Source: an uncultured Dehalococcoidales bacterium
GTDB lineage: Bacteria; Chloroflexota; Dehalococcoidia; GIF9; AB-539-J10
Reading direction: 5' to 3'
DNA length: 62,290 nucleotides
Assembly (NCBI GenBank): GCA_964561465.1
Contig: CAZLPP010000003.1
Coordinates: 1 to 62,290 of the forward strand
Part shown: one piece after another, positions 8,082 through 16,147 of the stretch
Layout: the number at the start of each line of letters is the position of its first letter
Position numbering within the stretch: position 1 is the stretch's first letter
The notes under the pieces: generated by a model
Database searches by the model: none
What the model was told of the DNA's origin: nothing
What the model saw: only the letters and a program-made list of their open reading frames with translations
Position numbers and translations under genes: made by a program

Positions 8082-8113
8082 AACGCGGTCCGGCGCCGCC
8101 GCGCAGGAAAAAG

Positions 8114-8140
8114 CAAGGAGCCGCTGCTGACGGCTCCTTG
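8114..8140. terminator. Intrinsic terminator hairpin between convergent genes
   Basis: CAAGGAGCCG (8114-8123) / CGGCTCCTTG (8131-8140), 7-nt loop. On the minus strand it is followed by CTTTTTCC, which fits termination of the 8163-8306 gene. Confidence 0.6.
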
Positions 8141-8162
8141 AGAGGTCCGAGCTATGTACGGA

Positions 8163-8306
8163 CTACGCCTTGCCGATCCGGAATACCTTGGTCTTGCAGG
8201 TCGGGCAAACGCCCTGCATCGCGGGTCGCCCATTCTTCAGGGTGATCTGCTTGGCGTCCTTGATCTCGACCTTCTTCCGACACTTCATGCAATACGCCGT
8301 GGCCAT
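8163..8306 (-). CDS. 47-aa zinc-ribbon protein (DUF5679-like), absent from the ORF track
   Basis: My translation: MATAYCMKCRKKVEIKDAKQITLKNGRPAMQGVCPTCKTKVFRIGKA. It has two CxxC pairs, a GGAGG RBS (GAGAGGAGGGATTGCTTAATG) and strongly GC3-biased codons, with its own promoter and terminator. The track ORF 8152..8352 is in a different frame and not protein-like. Confidence 0.75.
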   Translation of the reverse strand: MATAYCMKCRKKVEIKDAKQITLKNGRPAMQGVCPTCKTKVFRIGKA

Positions 8307-8356
8307 TAAGCAATCCCTCCTCTCGACTGATTGAGCTCGTACCAGTGCTCAAAGCT

Positions 8357-8386
8357 ATTTTTACTATGGAACCGTAGCCTTGTCAA
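8357..8386 (-). promoter_or_regulatory. Near-consensus sigma70-type promoter for the zinc-ribbon gene
   Basis: The minus strand reads TTGACA (8381-8386), a 17-18 nt spacer, then TAAAAAT (8357-8363). This is a locally AT-rich island in GC-rich DNA. The -35 lies inside the 3' end of the upstream CDS. Confidence 0.5.
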
Positions 8387-9101
8387 TACTTGCACCCGTG
8401 TTTCGACGCAAAAGCACTCGCGCCAGGACGAGCAGCGCCGTGCCGGACAGCAGCAGCAGCTTCCGGAACAGCGGCATGACCGTCCAGAGGCCCTCGACGG
8501 TGCTATCCAACCACAGCTTCCACTCTATCTTCGGCAGCTTGAAGAAGCGCTCCCCCGTCTCCGGGTCCTGCTGGTAGAAGCGGGCGTCGGGGTTCTCGAA
8601 AGCGGTCTCGTGCTTACCCTCGTAGTCGACCCAGACGTGGACGAAGGAGCTGTTGAACCGGTACGGAATGCCGAGCCGGTCGAACACCGACGCAAGCACG
8701 ACGGCACGAGCCTTGCAGTCCCCCACTCCCGCCTGCACGACTCTAGCCGTGGGAGGAAAGTACCAGGGCATGCCGTGTACCTGCCAGTCGTAACGGTACG
8801 GTATTCGGCGCAGAATCTCGCGCTCTACCTCGGCTGGCTCGTCGGGAAGGCCCTCGGTGATAGGTGCAACGGCGACGGGGTCGATGTCGGGATTGAAGAC
8901 CCGGAAGACGCTGACGCCGATATTGAACGGGTTCGGGTAGAGGACGAACAGTATCCAGAGGGCGATGAGGGGACCGGTGTGGTGTGCGAGCGCATGCCGG
9001 CAGTGCCGGCCCAGCGCCGGCCCGGACTGCAACAGCCGGCGTCGCAAACCGGTGACAATCGTGGCCAAACGCTGATGGGGCAAGTCCGGGCATTGTAGCA
9101 C
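8364..9101 (-). CDS. Transglutaminase-like (Cys-His-Asp core) membrane protein
   Basis: GVGDCKARAVVLASVFDRLGIPYRFNSSFVHVWVDYEG is a transglutaminase-core Cys/His arrangement. Hydrophobic helices at PLIALWILFVLY and LLLLSGTALLVLARVLL. The start (GTG at 9101) is uncertain. Confidence 0.65.
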   Translation of the reverse strand: MLQCPDLPHQRLATIVTGLRRRLLQSGPALGRHCRHALAHHTGPLIALWILFVLYPNPFNIGVSVFRVFNPDIDPVAVAPITEGLPDEPAEVEREILRRIPYRYDWQVHGMPWYFPPTARVVQAGVGDCKARAVVLASVFDRLGIPYRFNSSFVHVWVDYEGKHETAFENPDARFYQQDPETGERFFKLPKIEWKLWLDSTVEGLWTVMPLFRKLLLLSGTALLVLARVLLRRNTGASIDKATVP

Positions 9102-9222
9102 GAAGGCTGTAGAACCACGGATGAGGCCGGAGCGTGCCGTGCAAGGCAGGTCGAACCCGAGCGCCTGACGGAACAGGGAGGTTCAGTTGCGCTCAGGTGC
9201 AGGGCAAGCCGCCACTGAGGTA

Positions 9223-9252
9223 TTGACAAAAGGTGATGTGTCGTCTTAGCAT
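9223..9252 (+). promoter_or_regulatory. Candidate promoter TTGACA-18nt-TAGCAT for the ArsR-family gene
   Basis: TTGACA at 9223-9228 and TAGCAT at 9247-9252, about 50 nt upstream of the ATG at 9302. Confidence 0.45.
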
Positions 9253-9266
9253 GGCCATATGTTGGA

Positions 9267-9292
9267 ATGCGCATATGCGCATATCCGCATAT
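9267..9292. promoter_or_regulatory. Candidate operator: 16-bp perfect palindrome embedded in three tandem 8-mers
   Basis: ATGCGCATATGCGCAT (9267-9282) is its own reverse complement. GCGCATAT GCGCATAT CCGCATAT are tandem at 9269-9292. The site sits between the candidate -10 and the ArsR start codon. Confidence 0.5.
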
Positions 9293-9301
9293 CCTACCTC
9301 C

Positions 9302-9637
9302 ATGAGAGAGCTGGTCAGGGCGTGCAAAGCGATATCGGCGGAAACACGGCTCCGAATCCTGAACATCGTGATGGTCAGGGAGTGCTCCGTGAGCGAAGTC
9401 ATGCAGGCTTTGCAGGTCTCTCAGACCCGGGCGTCCCGCAACCTCGGGGCCCTGTACGACGCGGGCCTGCTGAAGACGCGCCGCGACGGCTCATGGGTCC
9501 TGTACTCGGTCGACCAGGAGGGTCTCGACGGGCACTCCGTGGAACTGCTCGAGGCGCTTCGCAGCATGCTCGAGTCAGACAGATTGGCGCGGCAGGACGT
9601 CGCCAGGCTCGACCAGGCTAAACGTTCCGCCCCGTAG
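9302..9637 (+). CDS. ArsR/SmtB family transcriptional regulator
   Basis: MRELVRACKAISAETRLRILNIVMVRECSVSEVMQALQVSQTRASRNLGALYDAGLLKTRRDGSWVLYSV is a winged-HTH ArsR pattern. It has a single Cys rather than the CxC metal site. I prefer the ATG at 9302 over the track start at 9233. Confidence 0.8.
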   Translation: MRELVRACKAISAETRLRILNIVMVRECSVSEVMQALQVSQTRASRNLGALYDAGLLKTRRDGSWVLYSVDQEGLDGHSVELLEALRSMLESDRLARQDVARLDQAKRSAP

Positions 9638-9715
9638 AACGTTTGCAGTACTTGTGTGCCGGAAGTGACCGGCCGGTGGCTTCACGTTACTGACAGACAG
9701 GAAAGGAGGAGGCCA

Positions 9716-11092
9716 TTGAAGGGAGGACTCTGGCTTGTCCGTCTACTCCTCATCTTCGTGGTCGGCGTCGTCGTCCTCAGCCCGCTCGCCGTCCATGGTG
9801 AAGCCTCCACCCCGGATCCGGCCCGCCTCAACTACGATACCTCGGGCCTGCTTCTTCCGTCGTCTCCCGCCTATCCTGCTGTCACTGTGTACCGGGACAT
9901 CCGGCTGAGCTTCGCGGAGCAGAACACCGAGAAGTCCGGGCTCTGTCTCGAGTTCGCCAACGAGGACGCCGCCTCTATCGGCGCCCTGGTCGAGCGCCAG
10001 GACCATGTGACTGCCACGACGCACTGCGCTACCTATCAGGACAATCTCGACCGTTCCGTCGGCTGGCTCGTGCTTGCAGCCGAGCAGGGACGTGACGTGA
10101 CCACGCTTCTATCGCGGTTGAAGAACGACCACCTCAGTCAACAGTGGGGCCTTGGCAAGGCATCTCAGTTGATGCCTGAGTGGTCGGGGGACGGCATCGA
10201 TGTTGCGCGCCGGCACGCGGCGATGGTCGTCTTCCAGGCGCTGGAGACGCTGGAAGGCGGTGAGGCTGCCGCCGAGTATCTGGGCGCTCTCGCCGCCATG
10301 TCGCCGGAACCGGGATTCTTCGAGACCCCGTCGAGCCTGGGCGTCCCGGTTGTTCAGACTCCGTCGCTCTCGTTCGCTTCGTCTCCGGCGCAGCAGGCGG
10401 CTCCGGCCACAATCGTTGTTGAAGAGAATCCCTCCGCAGCCGCACCGGATATCGCGTCTCTGAGCGTCAGCCCGGACACGGTCGCGCCGAAGGAGACCTG
10501 CCGCGTCACCTGCAGCGTCATCTGCGACGACGAGGAGTCGCTCGAGTACACCTGGTGGTGTTCCAAGGGCACCATCAAGTCCGACGGGGCCGAGGCGCGA
10601 TGGACCGCTCCATCGAAGCCTGGCACGTACCAGATACGAGTCACGGTGATGAACCCCGTGGGAGCCGGCGACGCGCAGTCCATCAACGTCTCGGTGCGGG
10701 AGGATGAGGAAGACGAGGATTATGAGGCCGATGACGATGACGACGCCGACAGCGAGTCGGGCACGCTGCCCTCGGGCAGCAGCGCGTCTCCGGACATACT
10801 TGGAATGACGGTGACGGCTAGCCACAAGTACCTCGAGCCGTCGATGGTGGGCTATTCGATCCTGGTGAGCCGCGACTGCACTATCCAGTGCAAGGTTGCC
10901 GACCCGGACGCCATCGAGTTCAGGTGGAGTGCGTCCGGCGGCGAATTCGAAGGGTCGGGAGACACGGTCAAATGGACCGCGCCGTCTGCGGTGGGCAACC
11001 TCACGGTGACGGTCACAACCAGGAACGGCAAGGGGCAGGAGGACAGCGTGACGCTGTCCTTCCACGTCACGACCTGTTCACAGTGCTTCTGA
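9716..11092 (+). CDS. Membrane-anchored/secreted protein with helical N-domain, acidic linker and two Ig-like repeats
   Basis: TTG at 9716 follows AGGAGGAGG (9704-9712). N-terminal hydrophobic helix LWLVRLLLIFVVGVVVLSPLAV. Repeats at about 10448-10697 and 10790-11071 share ..W[TS]AP...G.....V.V motifs. An Asp/Glu run lies at about 10698-10760. Confidence 0.6.
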   Translation: MKGGLWLVRLLLIFVVGVVVLSPLAVHGEASTPDPARLNYDTSGLLLPSSPAYPAVTVYRDIRLSFAEQNTEKSGLCLEFANEDAASIGALVERQDHVTATTHCATYQDNLDRSVGWLVLAAEQGRDVTTLLSRLKNDHLSQQWGLGKASQLMPEWSGDGIDVARRHAAMVVFQALETLEGGEAAAEYLGALAAMSPEPGFFETPSSLGVPVVQTPSLSFASSPAQQAAPATIVVEENPSAAAPDIASLSVSPDTVAPKETCRVTCSVICDDEESLEYTWWCSKGTIKSDGAEARWTAPSKPGTYQIRVTVMNPVGAGDAQSINVSVREDEEDEDYEADDDDDADSESGTLPSGSSASPDILGMTVTASHKYLEPSMVGYSILVSRDCTIQCKVADPDAIEFRWSASGGEFEGSGDTVKWTAPSAVGNLTVTVTTRNGKGQEDSVTLSFHVTTCSQCF

Positions 11093-11293
11093 TGACCGCG
11101 CGCGACGCACCGAGCCGGAACGTCCCGCCCGTTCCTCTGCGCCTGGCGCCGTGTCGCCGCATCCCATGTCTGCGTCTGCCGTCCTGTCGGGTTCCCTGCT
11201 ATCATGCGCACCATCGGCTTGCGCCGGATAGCTGACTTGTCCGGCGTGACGCGGGAGGCGCTGCGTTCGACCGCCATCTGACAGGAGGCTGAA

Positions 11294-12055
11294 GTGAGCA
11301 TGTTCGACCTGACCGGAAGGACGGCAATTGTCACGGGTGGAAACCAGGGCATCGGGTTTGCCATCGCGGAGGGCCTGGCGGTGCACGGCGCGCACGTCGT
11401 CATTGCCAACAGGAGGGAGCAGCAGGGGCAGGACGCCGCCGCAGGACTGCGGAGCCGGGGACTCTCTGCCTCTGCGGTGCGGGCCGATGTGGCGGACGAG
11501 AAGTCGGTCGCGGCGCTGGTTGAGACGGTGCTGAGCCAGCGCGGGCGCATGGACATACTGGTCAACAGCGCGGCCGTCATCGTGCGGAAGCCGATAGAAG
11601 ACATCACCGCTCTGGAATGGGACACCCTCATGGGCGTCAACCTCAGGGGAGTGTTCCTCTGCTGCCGCGACGTCGGCCGCCATATGATTGCGCAGCGTAA
11701 GGGCAAGATTATCAACATCTCGTCCAACGTATCGCGAGTGATTCAGCCGCTCCGCTCCGCGTACTGTGTCTCGAAGGCGGGTGTCTCACACCTGACGCGG
11801 GCGTTCGCACTGGAATGGGCGAAGTACGGCGTGAACGTGAATGCCGTCGGCCCGGGACCGACCATCACGGAGTTCAACCGGCAGTACTTCAGCGAACACC
11901 CGGCGGACCTGCAGGCCAGGATAGACTCGATTCCGGTGGGCCGCATGGGAGCCCCGATCGACCACGTCGGAGCGGCGGTGTTCCTGGCGTCGGATGCCTC
12001 GGACTTCGTTACCGGGGAGACGTTGCTGGTAGACGGCGGCTCGACGCTCTGGTGA
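11294..12055 (+). CDS. SDR family oxidoreductase (FabG/gluconate-5-dehydrogenase-like)
   Basis: TGGNQGIGFAIAEGL (TGxxxGIG), NSAAV and YCVSKAGVSHLTR (YxxxK). AGGAGG at 11283-11288. Start is GTG 11294 or ATG 11300. Confidence 0.85.
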   Translation: MSMFDLTGRTAIVTGGNQGIGFAIAEGLAVHGAHVVIANRREQQGQDAAAGLRSRGLSASAVRADVADEKSVAALVETVLSQRGRMDILVNSAAVIVRKPIEDITALEWDTLMGVNLRGVFLCCRDVGRHMIAQRKGKIINISSNVSRVIQPLRSAYCVSKAGVSHLTRAFALEWAKYGVNVNAVGPGPTITEFNRQYFSEHPADLQARIDSIPVGRMGAPIDHVGAAVFLASDASDFVTGETLLVDGGSTLW

Positions 12056-12069
12056 CGTTCGTCTCCGGG

Positions 12070-13056
12070 TCAGAGTTCCCGCAGCACGTACCGGTCGTTC
12101 ATGCCCAGCGATGCGGCCTCGCGGACCTGGTCTCTCGGGTCAACGCCCGTACACTGCATGAACACATCCGGCTTCACGCGGTCGACGAGGTCAAGGGCTG
12201 CGGCGTCGACGGCGGCCGCGTCGCTCCCGATGAGGTAGCCGATGTCCGGGCAGATGATGCCTCCGGGATTGGGGTCGCAGTCGCAGTTCGCTGCCATGCT
12301 GTGCAGCGAACTGACGTAGAGGACGTCCTTCCCTCTGACGCACGCCAGTGCGCTGATGGCAAGGGCGCGGGCGAGGCTCATCACCTCGAAGCGGAGTGCG
12401 CCCGTGGCGCAGGCGAGCGCACATTTACCGCAGCCCTCACAGGCGGCGCCGTCGAAGTGCCACTCGGTGTTGACTGAGAGCGCGGCGTTTGGGCATGCCG
12501 CTGCACAGAGACCGCACCGCGTGCACAGGGCCGGGTCGTGAACCGGCCTCGCCATGTGGTGGATGAGTCGTTTGCTCGCTCTGGTTACGCCGCCCATGCC
12601 CAGGTTCTTGATGGCGCCGCCGAACCCGGCCTGAATGTGTCCCTTCACGTGACTGAGAACCAGCATGCAGGTGGCGTCGTGCAGCGCGGTAGCCACCTCG
12701 ACCGCCACGCCGGACTCGACGGTTCCCACGCCGCGGTCGCCGATGACAGTGCTGCAGCCCACGTTCTCCTGCGTGAAGCCGTGCCGCCTCGCCACACGCT
12801 CGTAGCCATCGCGTCGCGAGCGCTCACCCGGATACGCGACTGTCGTGTCGAACAAGAAGGGCCGGCCACCGGCATCCACGATGGCGCGGACGACCGTGCG
12901 AGCGAGCTGCGGCCGGAGTGCGTGGGGGTTCCCCGGTTCGCCCATGTGCAGCTTGACGGGCACCGCGGCGCCTGAGAAGCGCGCAACGCCAACGAGTTTC
13001 AGCGCGGCCGGGATGTTCTCCTCACGGCGAGTGAAGTACACGGTGCTCTCAGTCAT
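12070..13056 (-). CDS. DUF362 domain protein with inserted 2x[4Fe-4S] ferredoxin domain
   Basis: MTESTVYFTRREE..., two CxxCxxCxxxCP-type motifs (CTRCGLCAAACP, CEGCGKCALAC), DUF362-like flanks. ATG at 13056 follows GGAGAGG. The track start at 13200 adds non-protein-like residues. Confidence 0.65.
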   Translation of the reverse strand: MTESTVYFTRREENIPAALKLVGVARFSGAAVPVKLHMGEPGNPHALRPQLARTVVRAIVDAGGRPFLFDTTVAYPGERSRRDGYERVARRHGFTQENVGCSTVIGDRGVGTVESGVAVEVATALHDATCMLVLSHVKGHIQAGFGGAIKNLGMGGVTRASKRLIHHMARPVHDPALCTRCGLCAAACPNAALSVNTEWHFDGAACEGCGKCALACATGALRFEVMSLARALAISALACVRGKDVLYVSSLHSMAANCDCDPNPGGIICPDIGYLIGSDAAAVDAAALDLVDRVKPDVFMQCTGVDPRDQVREAASLGMNDRYVLREL

Positions 13057-13201
13057 CTGCCTCTCCTTCACGTTTGCGCCGATGCGCGATTCCCCGCATT
13101 CTAGCTGCACACGAGGCACGGGCACAACCTGCCCGGCGGCTGCGTCCCGGTGCTTCGCATCCCCCGCGTATAATGCCGGCATCACACTGAGGAGGAACAC
13201 G

Positions 13202-13720
13202 ATGAATGTTCACGAGGCGATACGTGCGCGCCACAGCGTGCGGGCCTTCCGCGGCACTCCTGTGCCCGAGGAGAGCCTGATGCGCGTACTCGAGGCGGCA
13301 AGGCTTGCGCCGTCGTCGAGCAACCGGCAGGAGTGGCGTTTCGTAGTGGCGCGTGAGGAGGATACCCGGCGCAAGCTGGCGGCCGCCGCGAACAACCAGA
13401 TCTTCATCGCGGAAGCGCCCGTTGTCATAGCGGCCGTTGCCACCGAGCCCGATTCCGTCATGACCTGCGGAGTGACGCGGTATGCGGTAGACCTTGCCAT
13501 CGCCATCGACCATATGACGCTTGCCGCGGTCGAAGAAGGGCTCGGCACGTGCTGGATAGGCGCGTTCTCGCAGGAACGGGTGCGCCAGATACTCGGCGTT
13601 GGCCCCGACTGCATGGTCGTCACCGTCATGCCGCTAGGATACCCGGCATCGAGCGTCGTCCCGTCGAAGTCGCGCAAGCGGCTCGAGGACATCGTCCGGT
13701 ACGAGATGTTCAGCAGGTAG
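13202..13720 (+). CDS. Nitroreductase family protein
   Basis: MNVHEAIRARHSVRAFRGTPVPEESLMRVLEAARLAPSSSNRQEWRF is the classic nitroreductase N-terminus. ATG at 13202 follows GAGGAGG. TATAAT at 13169-13174. Confidence 0.85.
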   Translation: MNVHEAIRARHSVRAFRGTPVPEESLMRVLEAARLAPSSSNRQEWRFVVAREEDTRRKLAAAANNQIFIAEAPVVIAAVATEPDSVMTCGVTRYAVDLAIAIDHMTLAAVEEGLGTCWIGAFSQERVRQILGVGPDCMVVTVMPLGYPASSVVPSKSRKRLEDIVRYEMFSR

Positions 13721-13765
13721 CGCCGTCACGGCGACCTGCGCTGCGGAGGCCGGAGCGACCCGCCT

Positions 13766-14419
13766 CTAGACAAGCGCGGTAAGGAAGACGGCGACGATGC
13801 CAACGAGGAAGATGCCGTCGAATACTCCTGCCCCGCCGATGGATACGATGCCGGGGAATCCCTTCAGGCGATGCAGGTTGAAGAGGTCCGCCCCTACCAG
13901 AGTGCCCAGCGTCCCCGCGATGTAGGCGCACGGGGCCGCGAAGTCGCGGGCAAGCAGGATGGCCAGCAGTGCCGACAGGACGGGGGGTATGAACATCGGC
14001 AGGACGATTCCCCGTCCCGGGACCGGCCGAGCGATTGCCTTCGCCACGAGCGCCATGATGAGCGTGGCGACGCCCACCTGCCATAGCGACGGAACTACGC
14101 GCGTGAGGTAGAGGCAAAGGCAGAGCGGAATGATGGCGCCGCCGACGTTGACGGCCACACCGGTGTATTGCGTCCGGGGTTGCGAGAAGAGGCCGCGAAC
14201 GTTCGCGGGCATCGTGTACTGCACGCGGCGGCGCGTCAGAGGCAGGTTGATGAGCGAGCCGACGAGCATCAGGAAGATGACTGCGACTGCGGTCGAAGGC
14301 GACAGCCCCAGCTCTCCGAACGAGAAAGTCAGGAGATTCAGGAAGAAGAGCCCCAGGATGAGCGGGATGGAGAGGAACAGCAGTACGGCTGCCAGGCAAC
14401 CCAGCGGTGCGAACAGCAT
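13766..14419 (-). CDS. Polytopic membrane protein (DUF1614-like)
   Basis: Multiple hydrophobic helices and a NVGGAIIPL motif. The DUF1614 assignment is from memory. RBS AGGAGA lies before the ATG at 14419, 15 nt downstream of the TPP-enzyme stop. Confidence 0.5.
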   Translation of the reverse strand: MLFAPLGCLAAVLLFLSIPLILGLFFLNLLTFSFGELGLSPSTAVAVIFLMLVGSLINLPLTRRRVQYTMPANVRGLFSQPRTQYTGVAVNVGGAIIPLCLCLYLTRVVPSLWQVGVATLIMALVAKAIARPVPGRGIVLPMFIPPVLSALLAILLARDFAAPCAYIAGTLGTLVGADLFNLHRLKGFPGIVSIGGAGVFDGIFLVGIVAVFLTALV

Positions 14420-14434
14420 CAGCGTCTCCTTCTC

Positions 14435-16108
14435 CTACTCGGCGCGCTTGAAGTGCGACATGTCGAGGCCGGTGCGTACATCGAGAACGACCGGCATGCC
14501 CTGGCGGTTGAGCCGCAGCGCGTCTTCGAGTGCGGGGACGAGCGACACCGCGTCCGCAACTCTGCGGCCGTGGCAGCCGCAGGCCTGGGCGAGGGCCGCG
14601 AAGTCGGGCTGAACCTCAAACTCCGCGGTGTTCCAGCCGACGCTCGCATCCTGATAATACATCGGCCAGCCGAGAGCCGAGTTATTGAGGACGACCCAGG
14701 TGCAGCCGGCGTGGTACTGGGCTGCGGTCGGCAGCTCCTTGAGGTACATCTGGAAGGCGCCATCGCCCGTGATGCAGACGACGTTCCTGGAGGGCGTGGT
14801 GAGCTTGGCCGCGATGGCTCCGACGACGCCCATCCCCATGCAGGTCTGCTCGGCAACAGTGACGCAAGCCGAGTCGTCGCCCACGGTGTAGAACGGGTGG
14901 AAGTAGGACCAGGCATCCTGGGACCCGTTCTCGTTCACCAGCACGGTGCTGTTGCCGAAGACGCGGCTCACCTCGTGAACCACTCGTTTCGCCGGAATCG
15001 GGAACTCGTCTGTGGCGCACTCCTCCGCCGTCTCAGTCACGAGCCTGCCCATCCGGGCTGCGAGTTCCTTCAGGCGCCCCGTGCGGCCTCCGTCGGACGC
15101 GGGAACCGGGTGGAAGCGCACGGCCTGCAGTAGTTGCCTCAACACCAGCGACGCGTCGCCCGCGATGCCCACATCGGGCAGCCAGTTGCGCCCGATTTCC
15201 CCGGACGAGATATCGATCTGGATCACCCGCGCGTCCGCGGGCAGGTCCTTCCAGCGGTGCGTCTGAAAGGCTTCATTCCGGGAACCCACTATCAGCATGA
15301 CGTCGGCACTCATGAGGTATTCCCTGGCCACTACGTTGCGGTAGAGGCCGACGAGCCCGAGCGCAAGCGGATGCTTCTCCGAGATGATTCCGCGGCCGCC
15401 CGGCGTGGTCGCAAAGGGAATCCCGAGCGTCTCGACCAGCGCTCTGAACTCCTCCCCCGCTCCGGATAGCACGGCCCCGTTTCCGGCGATGGCTACCGGA
15501 CGACGGGCTCGCAAGAGCACTTCCGCCGCCGCTTGGATGAGGCTGGGGTCCCCCGCGGGACGGAGCCTCGTGGCCGGCGTGTAGGAGGGTGGCTCGATAT
15601 CGATTGGAAGTCCATGCGTTATGTCACCTCCGACGTCGGTCGGAAGCTCGAGATAGACAGGCCCCGGCTGGTCGTTCATGGCGAGATGGAACGCGCGGCG
15701 CACGTACCAGGCGAGCCTGCCGATGTCGTGCACCCTCGCCGCCCACTTCGTCACCGGGCGCACCATGCCAAGCTGGTCGCACTCCTGGAACTCTCCCATG
15801 CCCTCGGTCTTCTGGCTGATGCTGGGGCAGATGACCACCAGCGGACTGCAACCTGAGGAAGCCTCGAGCAGGCCGGGCACGAGGTTGGCGACGCCGGGTC
15901 CGGCGGTGGCGCTGCACACGCCCGGTCTACCGCTGACCCTCGAATACGCCATCGCCATGAACGGTGCAGAGCCCTCGTACCGGACGTTTATGCCGCGAAG
16001 TCCGGGGGCCTTCTCCGCGTACAGTTGCAGCGGGCTGTCACCGAGCCCGAACGTCAGCTCGACACCCTGAGCGCGAACCATTCTGGCGATAGCCTCCCAT
16101 GGGTACAT
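14435..16108 (-). CDS. Thiamine-pyrophosphate-dependent enzyme (acetolactate-synthase-like family, specificity unknown)
   Basis: N-terminal Pyr domain GPGVANLVPGLLEA. C-terminal PP domain ITGDGAFQMYLKELPTAAQY..VVLNNSALG (GDG...NN motif). RBS GAAGGAGG. Confidence 0.8.
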   Translation of the reverse strand: MYPWEAIARMVRAQGVELTFGLGDSPLQLYAEKAPGLRGINVRYEGSAPFMAMAYSRVSGRPGVCSATAGPGVANLVPGLLEASSGCSPLVVICPSISQKTEGMGEFQECDQLGMVRPVTKWAARVHDIGRLAWYVRRAFHLAMNDQPGPVYLELPTDVGGDITHGLPIDIEPPSYTPATRLRPAGDPSLIQAAAEVLLRARRPVAIAGNGAVLSGAGEEFRALVETLGIPFATTPGGRGIISEKHPLALGLVGLYRNVVAREYLMSADVMLIVGSRNEAFQTHRWKDLPADARVIQIDISSGEIGRNWLPDVGIAGDASLVLRQLLQAVRFHPVPASDGGRTGRLKELAARMGRLVTETAEECATDEFPIPAKRVVHEVSRVFGNSTVLVNENGSQDAWSYFHPFYTVGDDSACVTVAEQTCMGMGVVGAIAAKLTTPSRNVVCITGDGAFQMYLKELPTAAQYHAGCTWVVLNNSALGWPMYYQDASVGWNTAEFEVQPDFAALAQACGCHGRRVADAVSLVPALEDALRLNRQGMPVVLDVRTGLDMSHFKRAE

Positions 16109-16147
16109 TGCATCCCCTCCTTCTCAGTGACTCCCGTGTGTGCGCCG

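Noticed and set aside
8152-8352. Track ORF of 66 aa on the minus strand.
   Set aside because: It is in a different frame from the zinc-ribbon gene 8163..8306, which has an RBS, promoter, terminator and CxxC pairs. The 66-aa translation (E/G/R/D-rich) has no features.
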